A DNA stretch of 64,000 bases from Armatimonadota bacterium (GCA_041690135.1 JAWLHY010000005.1:128001-192000); one strand, 5' to 3'; positions 34,930-44,752 are shown, counted from the stretch's first letter. Notes: generated by a model from the sequence alone, not told the origin. Program-made: numbers and translations.

Positions 34930-35808
34930 ATGCTGACTTCGACCCAACCACTGGTGTCTATCGTCGTTCCATGCTTTCGCGGTGAAGCATTTCTCGGCGA
35001 TGCGCTTGACAGTTGCCTCGCCCAGACCTATGGGAACTTCGAGGTGATCGTCGTTGACGATGCCAGCCCGGACCGCTGTGCGGAGATCGCCGAGACCTAT
35101 TCCGCAAGGGATGCACGAATCACGGTCCTCCGGCACCCACAGAACGGCGGTGTCTCGCGCGCCTTCAACACGGGCTTCCGGCAGGCGCGGGGTCCCTTGC
35201 TCGGCCGGTTGGCTCAAGACGACGTCTTCCTGCCGACGGCTCTCGAAGTGATGGTCCGTACGATGGAAGATAATCCTCAAGCGGGTCTCGTCTATTGCGA
35301 CATGACTCTTACCGACGAGCATCTCAATCCGGTGGAAGAGTGGGTGACCCCGGCGCCGCAAGAGACTTTGACCGAACACAATTACCTGGGGTTGTGTGTA
35401 CTGTGGCGCCGCGAGATGTGGGACCGGTGCGGGGAGTTCGACCCGGAATTTGATGCCGCCGAAGACTTTGAGTACTGGCTGCGGGCCATTCAGCACTTCG
35501 CGTTTGTCCGGTGCGATACGGGCTCACAGTTCTTGATGCGCCGGCATTCTGAAGCCGGATCCTTCACATTGTTTGCGAAGCAGACCGTTGCCATGGCAGA
35601 AGCACGCTGCCGCCACGCGCTTCCCCGGCGAGAGTGGTCCGAGACACTCTCCCGCGCCTATTTCGATGCGGCCTGGATCCACCGCATCCATGGGAGAAAG
35701 CGTGATGCGCTGTACTGCGCCTGGAAGGCCCTGCGTTATACGCCGGGGCGTTTACGGTGCTGGCGAGCAGTGCTAGCGAATACCTTGCGCGCCGGTGTTA
35801 CCCCGTAA
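34930..35808 (+). CDS. Glycosyltransferase family 2
   Basis: PLVSIVVPC, EVIVVDDASPD, NGGVSRAFNTG, LAQDD, EDFEYWLR. Confidence 0.92.
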   Translation: MLTSTQPLVSIVVPCFRGEAFLGDALDSCLAQTYGNFEVIVVDDASPDRCAEIAETYSARDARITVLRHPQNGGVSRAFNTGFRQARGPLLGRLAQDDVFLPTALEVMVRTMEDNPQAGLVYCDMTLTDEHLNPVEEWVTPAPQETLTEHNYLGLCVLWRREMWDRCGEFDPEFDAAEDFEYWLRAIQHFAFVRCDTGSQFLMRRHSEAGSFTLFAKQTVAMAEARCRHALPRREWSETLSRAYFDAAWIHRIHGRKRDALYCAWKALRYTPGRLRCWRAVLANTLRAGVTP

Positions 35809-35904
35809 TCAGGCTATCCGGATCGTGAGTGGTTGCGGGGTAAGGAGAAGTCCGAACTCAATGGCAACATACGATTGATCATTCCCAGCGAGGAGTTGCC
35901 TTCC

Positions 35905-36660
35905 ATGTCTCTGCCTGGCCTAGCTCAAAGCCCCAAGATGCGTATGGGCCTGAAAAGACGTCTCGCTCCAGTGCTCTGTCCCCTCTTGGGAGGCAACCTT
36001 CCGGCACTGGCTCGTTACTTCTGGACGGACAAACAAGGTCCGCATGAGTTCGGCCACCACCGGTACACGGAACAGTACCCTCTGCACTTTGCCGCCCGCC
36101 GGATGCGCCGATTGCGAATTCTCGAGATCGGGGTTGGCGGTTACGACGACCCTACGGACGGTGGCGCGAGCTTGCGGATGTGGAAGTACTATTTCCCAAG
36201 GTCGGAGATCGTGGGTCTCGACATCGAGGATAAACGCCACTTCGCGGAGCGCCGAGTCCGGGTTTACCAGGGGGACCAGACGGACCCGGAAATCCTGACT
36301 CGGATCGTCTCCGATCTTGGCGGGATCGATATCGTGATCGATGACGGAAGTCACGTCAGCGAGCACATCATCCGTACTTTCGGCATCCTCTTCCCGCTAC
36401 TGGCACCCGACGGCCTCTATTGCATCGAAGACCTGTTGACCGCCTATCTGCCGGAGTACGGCGGCGGTCCGGAAGCGGCGGATACCAGCGTGCGCTTCAT
36501 TCACCGGCTGAGCGAAGGCCTGCAGTACGCGGACTTCAAGGCGCCCGACGAGATAAGTTACACGGATCGCCACATCGAGGCTGTCCACCTCTACCACAAC
36601 CTGGCGATCATTCAAAAGGGGCTGAATACAGACGGGGGCGTTACAGTTCCCGCGGACTGA
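35905..36660 (+). CDS. MycE/TylE-like class I SAM-dependent sugar O-methyltransferase
   Basis: TDK...H.YT..Y..HF, LEIGVGGYDDP..GGASLRMWK.YFP, GDQ.D, IVIDDGSH, F..LFP.L...GLY.IEDL.T.Y. Confidence 0.85.
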   Translation: MSLPGLAQSPKMRMGLKRRLAPVLCPLLGGNLPALARYFWTDKQGPHEFGHHRYTEQYPLHFAARRMRRLRILEIGVGGYDDPTDGGASLRMWKYYFPRSEIVGLDIEDKRHFAERRVRVYQGDQTDPEILTRIVSDLGGIDIVIDDGSHVSEHIIRTFGILFPLLAPDGLYCIEDLLTAYLPEYGGGPEAADTSVRFIHRLSEGLQYADFKAPDEISYTDRHIEAVHLYHNLAIIQKGLNTDGGVTVPAD

Positions 36661-36792
36661 GCATGCCCACTCCCGCCAGCAGACGTAGTCCGATACCCAT
36701 CAAATCTATTGGGTTCATTGCCTGGCGGGTTCGCATTCCCCTGGCGCGGGTAAAGAGGCCGCCCTGCCCAGCAGAAGGCATGCCCGCCGTGA

Positions 36793-36838
36793 GGCATGCC
36801 TTATCGACCCCACTGCCTGGCTGTCGATAAGGCATGCC
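36793..36838. terminator. Perfect 16-bp-arm inverted repeat between convergent genes (terminator or REP-like)
   Basis: GGCATGCCTTATCGAC-N14-GTCGATAAGGCATGCC; no U tract. Confidence 0.55.
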
Positions 36839-36869
36839 CAGCCGCACCCGAGTGAGCGCGAGGGTTCGG

Positions 36870-37457
36870 TTAGCCGATGAGTGTGCCGCGGTCGCGGATG
36901 CGCTCCAGGGCATCGCGGTCGAGGACCTTGCACCGGCGGTAGCGGGTCTGGATCCAGTCTTCGTCGCGCCAACTCGAGAGGATCGTAGCCACCGTTTCGC
37001 GGCGGGCGGCGGCGACGATGGCGATGATGTCCTGCCGGCAGCCGACGACCGGCTGGCCCGTCAACTCGGTGACATCCAACAGCAGTGCCGCCAGACGCTG
37101 CGGGAGCGACATGTTGCCCAGGCGGTCTGCTCCTTCCACGACGGCGCGGGCACTGACCGCCAGTTCCGCAGGGGAGAGCGCACGGGAGGAGGGGTCGATC
37201 TCCACCGCCACGGTTTCCGTGACGGCCATCAGATCGGAGGCAGGCGTGCCTCCGTCGGCCACGCCGGGCACGGGCAGGGCTACCTGGCCCGGTCCCAACA
37301 AGCCAACGGACACCTGTCCCCGGCGGTAGGCAACCACGCCCTGCTTGATGAGCAGGGGGCGGGCCTCGGGACTTCCCTCGTTCCAGAGCAACTCTCCGGG
37401 AGCGCAGGTGATCTCGGAGGGCGACGACGCGGTTTGTGTGGTGTTTTCAGGGTTCAT
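36870..37457 (-). CDS. Crp/Fnr family transcriptional regulator
   Basis: LIKQGVV....VGLLGPG; QRLAALLL; QDIIA.V.AARRETVATILS.W HTH; VLDRDAL. Confidence 0.85.
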   Translation of the reverse strand: MNPENTTQTASSPSEITCAPGELLWNEGSPEARPLLIKQGVVAYRRGQVSVGLLGPGQVALPVPGVADGGTPASDLMAVTETVAVEIDPSSRALSPAELAVSARAVVEGADRLGNMSLPQRLAALLLDVTELTGQPVVGCRQDIIAIVAAARRETVATILSSWRDEDWIQTRYRRCKVLDRDALERIRDRGTLIG

Positions 37458-37766
37458 TGTTTGTTCGGTCGCCCGGCCGGAAAACGTGCCGGCCGGCTAT
37501 TCCTCCCTTTAGTCTAGCTCGGTCGGTAGCGGGTTGGGTCACAATTCCTCCCTGCGGGAGGGGTCGCGTCCATGACTTTGGCGCGGAAGGCGCGCGCGCG
37601 GGTTCCGACCCCAGGGAAATGGGTTCCCTACCGCCGTGAACGGGCCACCAACCGGATGTCGTACGGACAGGGGTGGCGGGCTGCACATGGAATGTGGTGG
37701 TGGTACCTACACACCGGACAGGCCGGGACCGGATTACAGTCGCCGGCTGGGGGCAAGGGGGTTTAC

Positions 37767-40037
37767 ATGGACTTCTGGCGCGCGGTAGAGATCCTCAACA
37801 AGCGCAAATGGCTGATCTTGCTGAGCACGGTGCTGGCGACCCTGCTCACTTTTGGGGCGACCCGGTTGGTCGGCTCGCGCTGGCAGGCTACCGTGCGATT
37901 CGTAACGCCTCCCTCCTCCGCGGCCATGAGCAGCACCGAGGATATCATTGGGATCCGTAAGGAAACGCCCGGTCGCGGCAACCTGGAAGAGCAGGCCGAG
38001 ATGTACGAGGAGATCGTGCGCAGCCGCGATGTGCTCGAACCCGCCCTCCGCAAGAGCCGCGTCACCCAGCTCCCCCCCAACTTCCTCGAGGACATCAAAT
38101 TCGAAGTCAAGGGCCCCCGGTTCTACCAGTTGATCATCCAGGACGCCTCGCCGGCGCGCGCGGAAGTGATCGCCAACGCCCTGGCGGAGAGCTTCGTCGA
38201 TCGCTTCCGAAGCCTGTATACCCAGCAGGCGGAGAAAGTGGTGAAGATGCTGGAGGACCAGCTTCGCGACGCCGACGCACGCCTGGCCGAAATCCGCGGG
38301 CGCTATGACGGTTATCGCAAGACAAAGAATATCGTCACCACCGTCAACGACCAGCTCGGCACGGCGATGTTCCGGTTCCAGTCGGCCCGGCAGAAGCGGG
38401 ACGACATTGCCGATCGCCTGGCGGAAGCCCGGGCTCGCCTGGCGGAGCGCGAGGCGGAACTCGCCACGATCCCCGCCACCATCAGCAGCATCCGCCCCGT
38501 GGAACAGAGCCCGCTGGTGATCCAGCTCGAGGGCCAACTCGCCAAGGTAGAGGCGGAGCTCGTGGAGATGCGGAACCGCTACACGGACGAGCACATCGAA
38601 GTCCGGCGCCGCCTGGCCCTGCGGGACTCCCTCGAAGGGCGCCTGAAATCGGAGCGGGAGCGCCAGTCCACTTTTACGGTGACCGAGCCCAACCCGCAGG
38701 TCGGCATCGTGAAGCAGTCGGTCGGCGACCTGAAGCAGGAGATCCGGGGCTTCGGCGCGCAGCTCGCCTCCCTCGATACCACCGTTTCCCAGGCCCGCGG
38801 CGACATCAATAGCCTGATGGGCGTGGACGGACCGCTGAACAGCATCATGGATGAGATGCAGCAGGCCTCGGACAACCGCGCCAACGTGGTGGAGCGGCTG
38901 CACGCCGCCCGCGGGGCGCTGGACGTGGCGGAGCGGCAGAACCCGATCGCGATCATGGACCGGGTCAACGATTTCAACCCGCCGGTGAACACGACCATTG
39001 GCCGAACCCGGAAGCTGATCTTGCTGGCAGCACTCTGCGCCCTCATCGGCACCTCCGGACTGATCCTCGCGTTCGACAGCGTGGACCGCCGCCTCCGCTC
39101 CGTAAAGCAGGCGGAGGGCATTCTCCCGGCGCCGGTGCTGGCGGCTATCCCGCAGCCGATCGGCCGGATGAATGCCCTCACCATGGCGCGTGCCACGGAA
39201 CTTCTACCGCTCTCGGTCCACTCCGAAGCCTATCGCTTCCTCGGTCTCCACCTCTTGAGCACCCGTGGCCCGCGCATCCGCTCCATTATGGTGATCTCCG
39301 CCAAGGCCGAACAGGGCAGCACGCGGACCGCCACCAACCTGGGCATTACGCTGGCGCAGGCGGGACAGCGGGTGATCGTGGTGGACGCCAACGTGCGCAC
39401 CCCCTCCTTGCACGAGGTGTTCGACCTCTCGAACGACGTGGGTTTCACGAACTTGCTGCAGAAGCCGGACGACGCCGCCCTGGAAGAGGCGCTGCGCCCC
39501 ACCTCCCTGCCGAACCTGCGCGTGGTGACCGCCGGGCCGGCCACGGACAATCCGTGGGAGCTGTTCCGGTCGCAAAATCTGGTGGAGCTTTCCCAGCGCC
39601 TGCGGGACCTGGCGGACTACGTGATCTTCGACACCCCCTCCGCGCTGGCGTTTACCGATGCCCTCAACCTGGCGCCCGCCGTGGATGCGGCGTTCCTCTG
39701 CGTGCGCGCCCTGGAGCCGCCGAGCGGCGCGGAACAGCAACTGGTCGACATGCTGAAACAGGCCGACGTGCAGGTGCTCGGCGCGGTGCTCAACGACGTG
39801 CCGGCCACGGTGCTGGAGAGCTTCCAGAATTACCAGAAGTACTACCCGACGACCGCCGACGTGGTGCCGATGATGAGCAGCCGCGCCGGCGAGAGCAGCG
39901 TGGCCACCCGCAAGACCCGCTCCTGGATGCGCCTGCCCAAGGGTTCTTACGGGCCCCAGTCGCATGGCCACGGCCCCAGCGGCAGCGGCCACTCGGGAAG
40001 CAACTATCCCGGCCACGGTCCCAGCGACCGCGTTTAA
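37767..40037 (+). CDS. wzc: Polysaccharide co-polymerase / BY-kinase-like fusion (Wzc/GumC-CpsD)
   Basis: MDFWRAVEILNKRKWLI Wzz N-terminus, coiled coil, second TM, EAYRFL, VISAKAEQGST, VVDAN.R.P, VIFDTPS, GAVLN, Tyr cluster NYQKYY. Confidence 0.85.
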   Translation: MDFWRAVEILNKRKWLILLSTVLATLLTFGATRLVGSRWQATVRFVTPPSSAAMSSTEDIIGIRKETPGRGNLEEQAEMYEEIVRSRDVLEPALRKSRVTQLPPNFLEDIKFEVKGPRFYQLIIQDASPARAEVIANALAESFVDRFRSLYTQQAEKVVKMLEDQLRDADARLAEIRGRYDGYRKTKNIVTTVNDQLGTAMFRFQSARQKRDDIADRLAEARARLAEREAELATIPATISSIRPVEQSPLVIQLEGQLAKVEAELVEMRNRYTDEHIEVRRRLALRDSLEGRLKSERERQSTFTVTEPNPQVGIVKQSVGDLKQEIRGFGAQLASLDTTVSQARGDINSLMGVDGPLNSIMDEMQQASDNRANVVERLHAARGALDVAERQNPIAIMDRVNDFNPPVNTTIGRTRKLILLAALCALIGTSGLILAFDSVDRRLRSVKQAEGILPAPVLAAIPQPIGRMNALTMARATELLPLSVHSEAYRFLGLHLLSTRGPRIRSIMVISAKAEQGSTRTATNLGITLAQAGQRVIVVDANVRTPSLHEVFDLSNDVGFTNLLQKPDDAALEEALRPTSLPNLRVVTAGPATDNPWELFRSQNLVELSQRLRDLADYVIFDTPSALAFTDALNLAPAVDAAFLCVRALEPPSGAEQQLVDMLKQADVQVLGAVLNDVPATVLESFQNYQKYYPTTADVVPMMSSRAGESSVATRKTRSWMRLPKGSYGPQSHGHGPSGSGHSGSNYPGHGPSDRV

Positions 40038-40142
40038 GGCCCATTCTTTGTTCGTTTGCCCGGTGGGGCTGTTCTGCGCCTCCACCGGTTGCTTTCTCCA
40101 GATAGAGGCACCAGCGTCACCGCCCGGAGAGTAACTCCTCTC

Positions 40143-41312
40143 ATGATGATGCCGTCCCTGAAATATTGCTTTGCGGCCCTGGCACTGGGGGCCGGCGCCT
40201 GGGTGCCGGCGTCGTACCGCACGCTGCTGGTAGTGGGGGTGGCGGGACTCTTGGCGGGCCTGTTCGTCGCCGCCATTGTGCTGGACCGGCAGATGGCGGT
40301 GCGCGATGCGCGGGAGTGGGAGGAAACGGAGACGGAAGCAGGGATCCTGGAGCGGGCGAGCCGCCCACGGCGCGTGTTGATCATCGGTTCCGGCCCGGTG
40401 GCGGCGACGCTGGCCCGCAGCCTGGAGGAAAGGGGCCGGCACCGGATCGTCGGCTATCTGGATGGGGTAGACCGCTGCCCCGCCATGTCACGCTGGCCCC
40501 GGCTGGGGGGAGCGGAAACGACGGCGGAGATCTGCCGCGAGCACGAAATCGACGAGGTGATTGTGGCTCCGACGCCGAGCTGGCAGCAGCAACTGGCGGA
40601 GTCGATCGCAGGGTCAGGTTGCGCGAACGTCCAGGTGGTGCCCGCCCTGCACTCCACCCTACTCGACTTTCCGGCCATTGGCAGTTATGGCGATGTGGCG
40701 GTGGTGCCCCTCCGGGATCCGCGGCGCGGCGTGCACGAGGTGGCCAAGCGTGCTTTCGACGTGACGGTGAGCCTGCTGGGCCTGGCGCTGACCTCCCCTG
40801 CCCTGCTGGCAATCGGGGTCCTGATCCGGATCACCTCTCCCGGCGGCCCGGCCCTCTTCGCGCAGGAGCGGGTGGGCCGGTACGGGAAGCGGTTCGTGCT
40901 CTACAAGTTCCGGACGATGGTCCCCGATGCGGAAGCCCGCACCGGCCCCATCCTTTCCAGCGGCGAGGATGACGACCGGCTGACCCCCCTGGGGCGCTGG
41001 CTGCGCGCGTTCCGCGTGGATGAGCTGCCCCAGCTCTGGAACGTGCTGATCGGGGAGATGAGCATGGTGGGCCCGCGGCCGGAGCGGCCTTGCTTTGTGG
41101 ACGAGTATAACGAGAGTATTCCCGGCTACGCGCAGCGTCACCTGGTGCGGCCGGGGATTACAGGTCTCGCCCAGGTCTGCGGCGGCTATCACACCACCCC
41201 CGCCGACAAGCTACGATTTGATCTCGCCTACGTCGCCCACCGATCCCTGACGTATGACCTGGTGATCCTTTACCGCACGGTGGCCGTCGTGTGCCGCCCC
41301 ACACCGAAGTAG
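40143..41312 (+). CDS. Priming polyprenyl-phosphate glycosylphosphotransferase (WcaJ/WbaP family)
   Basis: KRAFDV, QERVG..GK.F..YKFRTM, RLTPLGRWLR.FRVDELPQLWNVL.GEMS.VGPRPE, RPGITGLAQV. Confidence 0.95.
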   Translation: MMMPSLKYCFAALALGAGAWVPASYRTLLVVGVAGLLAGLFVAAIVLDRQMAVRDAREWEETETEAGILERASRPRRVLIIGSGPVAATLARSLEERGRHRIVGYLDGVDRCPAMSRWPRLGGAETTAEICREHEIDEVIVAPTPSWQQQLAESIAGSGCANVQVVPALHSTLLDFPAIGSYGDVAVVPLRDPRRGVHEVAKRAFDVTVSLLGLALTSPALLAIGVLIRITSPGGPALFAQERVGRYGKRFVLYKFRTMVPDAEARTGPILSSGEDDDRLTPLGRWLRAFRVDELPQLWNVLIGEMSMVGPRPERPCFVDEYNESIPGYAQRHLVRPGITGLAQVCGGYHTTPADKLRFDLAYVAHRSLTYDLVILYRTVAVVCRPTPK

Positions 41313-41322
41313 TAGAGCAGCC

Positions 41323-42786
41323 GTGAACCCCCCGGAAACACTCCACGTTCCCCGCGCCGAAGAAGAGGGGATCTCCTCCCCTACCGCCACGGTTATTCTC
41401 ACCCTGATCACTGCCATCCTGGTGCCGGGGCTGATCGCCTACTGGATCGCCACCGACAGCGAGGTGCGGGTGGTCGCGGTAGTGCTCGCCGTCCTCGGGT
41501 TTCTGGTGCTCATGGCTCGACCCTTCTGGGGTTTGATGTTCCTCGTGGGGCTGATCTACCTGCGGCCGGAAGACACCTTCTCACAACTCCAGGGAATGCG
41601 GCTGACGCTGTGGGTATCGCTGGGAACGATCCTCGCGGCCTTCGTGCACATGGTTCTGAAGCGGGAGCCGATCGTCCGTACGCCCCTCAACGGGATGCTC
41701 TTCGGCTTCATGGCGTGCGTGGTGATCTCCACCTATCGAGTGGGGATCAGCGAGGAAGCCGCGGAAGACGTGACCCGGTTGCTGATCATCACGCTGTTGA
41801 TCGTGAACTTGATTCGCGACGCGGCGAAGTTTCGCACGTTCGTGACCGCGATGCTGGTGTTCACCACTTACGTCGCCGGTTACGCGATGTACCTGTATTT
41901 CACCGGGAAGGCGCTGGACCATCATGGGGTGATGCGGGCCCAGGGCACCGGGATCTTTTCCGACCCAAATGACCTCGCCGCGAGTATCGTGGCGGGCCTC
42001 GCCCTGGCATTGGCTCGATTTGCTTCTTCCCCGAGTGGGATCTCGCGCGCGGCCTATATGGGGTTGTCCGCATTCTTCGTGGGCGGCGTGCTATTCACCA
42101 ACTCCCGGGGCGGGATGGTGGCGCTGATCGTGGTGGTGGCCGGCTTCCTACTCGTCTTCGTGCGAATGAAGACGTTCGCCCTGGGGATGGCGGCAATTGC
42201 CGCCCTGGCTCTACTCACCTTCGGACCCAGCCGAATGACGAACTTCGACAGCAACGAGGAATCTGCGAACAACCGGTTCTCCTACTGGCAATCGGGCTGG
42301 TACATGCTGCAGGGCGAGCCGGTGCTGGGAGTCGGTTACGGGCGGTTCATCGAGGAGAACGGCGGGATGACCGCCCACAACTCCTTCGTCCTCTGCTTCG
42401 CGGAGTTAGGGCTGACCGGTTACTTCTTCTGGATGGGGTGCCTCTACATCAGCCTACGCACACCCTCCAGGCTGCTCCCTCCGGGACAGGGCCCCCCAGA
42501 CGACTCCCCAACCGACACCGAAGAGGCGCAACTACAACGTGAGATGCTCGGAACGCGCTTGGCCCTGGTGGGATACCTGGCGGCTGCCTTCTGGATTTCG
42601 CGGACGTACGTGCCGGTACTGTACGTGATGATCGGCCTTCCCGTTGCCGCCCAGGCTGCGCTGCAGGGATGGTCGTCCACCCGCCCGATGCGCGCGGGGG
42701 AGCGCTTCCGGGACTTCGGGCGCATTCTCGCGCTGTGTGGCCTCTCGATTCTGGTCATCCGCATCATCACGGTGCTGTATCTCTAA
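41323..42786 (+). CDS. O-antigen ligase / Wzy polymerase family protein
   Basis: Multi-pass membrane protein; GIFSDPNDLA, TNSRGG, R..YW..G..M....PVLGVGYG.F, TAHNSFVLCFAELG. Confidence 0.85.
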   Translation: MNPPETLHVPRAEEEGISSPTATVILTLITAILVPGLIAYWIATDSEVRVVAVVLAVLGFLVLMARPFWGLMFLVGLIYLRPEDTFSQLQGMRLTLWVSLGTILAAFVHMVLKREPIVRTPLNGMLFGFMACVVISTYRVGISEEAAEDVTRLLIITLLIVNLIRDAAKFRTFVTAMLVFTTYVAGYAMYLYFTGKALDHHGVMRAQGTGIFSDPNDLAASIVAGLALALARFASSPSGISRAAYMGLSAFFVGGVLFTNSRGGMVALIVVVAGFLLVFVRMKTFALGMAAIAALALLTFGPSRMTNFDSNEESANNRFSYWQSGWYMLQGEPVLGVGYGRFIEENGGMTAHNSFVLCFAELGLTGYFFWMGCLYISLRTPSRLLPPGQGPPDDSPTDTEEAQLQREMLGTRLALVGYLAAAFWISRTYVPVLYVMIGLPVAAQAALQGWSSTRPMRAGERFRDFGRILALCGLSILVIRIITVLYL

Positions 42787-42858
42787 GTGCGTAAGGCTCT
42801 CTCCGGTGAGCGGCGCAGCGGTGCGCGCGCCTGTATGGGGTTATCGAAGGCTCCGGCT

Positions 42859-43752
42859 ATGCAACGGGAGACACCGCTTGTTTCGATCATCCTTCCGACC
42901 TATAATCGCGCCCACTGGCTTGCGGGGGCCATCGAGAGTTGCCTGGCCCAGACGCATCGCCAGTTGGAGCTCATCATCGTTGATGACGGAAGTACGGACG
43001 GGACTCCGCAAGTGGCGCGTGCGGCCGTCGGGAGAGACGACCGCGTTCGTTACATCCGGCAGCGAAACCGAAAGTTGCCGCACGCACTGAACTCAGGACA
43101 CCATGCCGCGAAAGGCGCGTATCTGACTTGGAGCAGTGACGACAACCTTTACGAACCGAATGCGCTGGAGTTGATGGTTTCCCACCTGGAGGCGAATCCC
43201 GATGCCGGTATGGTCTACTGCGACATGCAGAAACTGGACGGCCAGGGCAATTCAGGCGGCATTTATCGCGGCGGGACGGCGGATGTGCTGGAAGTCCGCA
43301 ATGTCGTGGGTGGCTGCTTCCTCTACCGAAGGGAAGTTTACACCACTATTGGGCCCTACGATCCCTCGCTGTTCTTGGTGGAAGACTGGGACTACTGGTT
43401 CCGCGTGCGGACCCGATACCGGATGGATTACCTGCCGAACGTTGCCCCTTATCTCTATCGCTGGCATGAGGGTTCGCTGACGACCCGCCGGGTGGCAGAT
43501 GAGGCCGTTCAACACGCGAAGTTGTGGTGCCGGCACGTGGCGATGCCCCACGAACGGTCCAACGTGCTTGCGGACGGGTACTGGCAGGCGTACTGGCGGC
43601 ACTATAACCTGGGCAATCACGCGGCCGCGTTTCGCTGCGCGTTGATATGCGTGCTGGTGCAACCGCGAAGAACCCGCTACTGGCGCGACCTGGTGCTGGC
43701 GCCATGGCGGTGCTTACGTCTCGCCTTTGCACAGCGACACGCGGCAGAATGA
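42859..43752 (+). CDS. Glycosyltransferase family 2
   Basis: PLVSIILPTYNRA, ELIIVDDGSTD, TWSSDDN, EDWDYW.R. Confidence 0.92.
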   Translation: MQRETPLVSIILPTYNRAHWLAGAIESCLAQTHRQLELIIVDDGSTDGTPQVARAAVGRDDRVRYIRQRNRKLPHALNSGHHAAKGAYLTWSSDDNLYEPNALELMVSHLEANPDAGMVYCDMQKLDGQGNSGGIYRGGTADVLEVRNVVGGCFLYRREVYTTIGPYDPSLFLVEDWDYWFRVRTRYRMDYLPNVAPYLYRWHEGSLTTRRVADEAVQHAKLWCRHVAMPHERSNVLADGYWQAYWRHYNLGNHAAAFRCALICVLVQPRRTRYWRDLVLAPWRCLRLAFAQRHAAE

Positions 43753-43834
43753 GTGCGTCCCCAGGGGAAGCTGAAAGAGTGTAGAAGCCTCGCAGGTTCA
43801 GGATGACGAAACGCGGTCGGGGGAGGCGCGCCAA

Positions 43835-44752
43835 ATGAAGCCACTCGTATCCATTGTGATCCCCTGCTATGGCGGAGAGGCCTACCTGGCCCAGGCGATC
43901 GAGAGTTGCCTGGCGCAGACCTATGCCAACCTGGAGATCCTGGTTGTCGATGACGCGAGCCCCGACCGGTGCGCCGAGATCGCCGCGCAGTTTTGCGAGA
44001 GATCTCCCGCTGTGAAGCTCATCCGGCGACCGGAGAACGGCGGGGTGTCGCGGGCCTTCAACACCGGCTACTCCGTGGCCCGCGGCGTCTACTTCACTCG
44101 CCTCGCCCAGGATGACGTGTTCCGCGAAGACGCCATTGAACTGATGGTCAACTATCTCCAGGATCACCCGGAGCTGGGGTTGACGTATTGCGATTGCGAG
44201 ATGGTCGATCCGGAGCTGAAGCCGCTCCGGCGGTGGGTCACCGGGGAGCCGGAGACGGCACTACTTGAAGACAATGACCTGGGCCTTTGCGTGATGTGGC
44301 GTCGCGAAGTGTGGGAGAGGGTTGGAAGCTTCGACCCAGAGTTTGACGCTGCAGAGGATTACGAGTACTGGCTTCGAGCATCAAAGCAGTTTCGCTTCGG
44401 GAAATGTGAGGGCCAAGCTCCTTTCTACCTGCGCCTTCATCCGGAGATGGGTTCTACGCGTTTAGAAGTGCGCCAACGCCTTGCCGTGGCCAAGGCGCGG
44501 TGTCGACATCTTCTGCCGGAGACTGATCACTCGCGACTAATGGCGGCAGGATATCTGGAGGCAGCTTGGGCCTGCCGCAATCAGGATAAACCACATCTGG
44601 CCTGGAAGTATTCCTGCCAGGCTTTAACGTTGGCTCCGAGGAGTTTTCGCAACTGGAAGGCGCTACTTGGTGCCAGCGCTCGACTGGTCCAGGCACTTTG
44701 TGCTTCTGGGAAAGCCCGCAGGGAGTGGTTGAAGCGCAGTCCGTTGACCTGA
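43835..44752 (+). CDS. Glycosyltransferase family 2 (paralog of 34930..35808)
   Basis: PLVSIVIPC, VVDDASPDRCAEIA, NGGVSRAFNTG, LAQDD, FDPEFDAAEDYEYWLRA. Confidence 0.92.
   Translation: MKPLVSIVIPCYGGEAYLAQAIESCLAQTYANLEILVVDDASPDRCAEIAAQFCERSPAVKLIRRPENGGVSRAFNTGYSVARGVYFTRLAQDDVFREDAIELMVNYLQDHPELGLTYCDCEMVDPELKPLRRWVTGEPETALLEDNDLGLCVMWRREVWERVGSFDPEFDAAEDYEYWLRASKQFRFGKCEGQAPFYLRLHPEMGSTRLEVRQRLAVAKARCRHLLPETDHSRLMAAGYLEAAWACRNQDKPHLAWKYSCQALTLAPRSFRNWKALLGASARLVQALCASGKARREWLKRSPLT

Noticed and set aside
30300-34930. parS site near the ParB-like gene
   Set aside because: No TGTTTCACGTGAAACA-like palindrome seen; tgtttcac near 34486 has no matching second half.
37458-37766. Canonical Crp box between the regulator and wzc
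   Set aside because: The best candidate, CGTGA-N5-CCACA, has the wrong spacing and mismatches.
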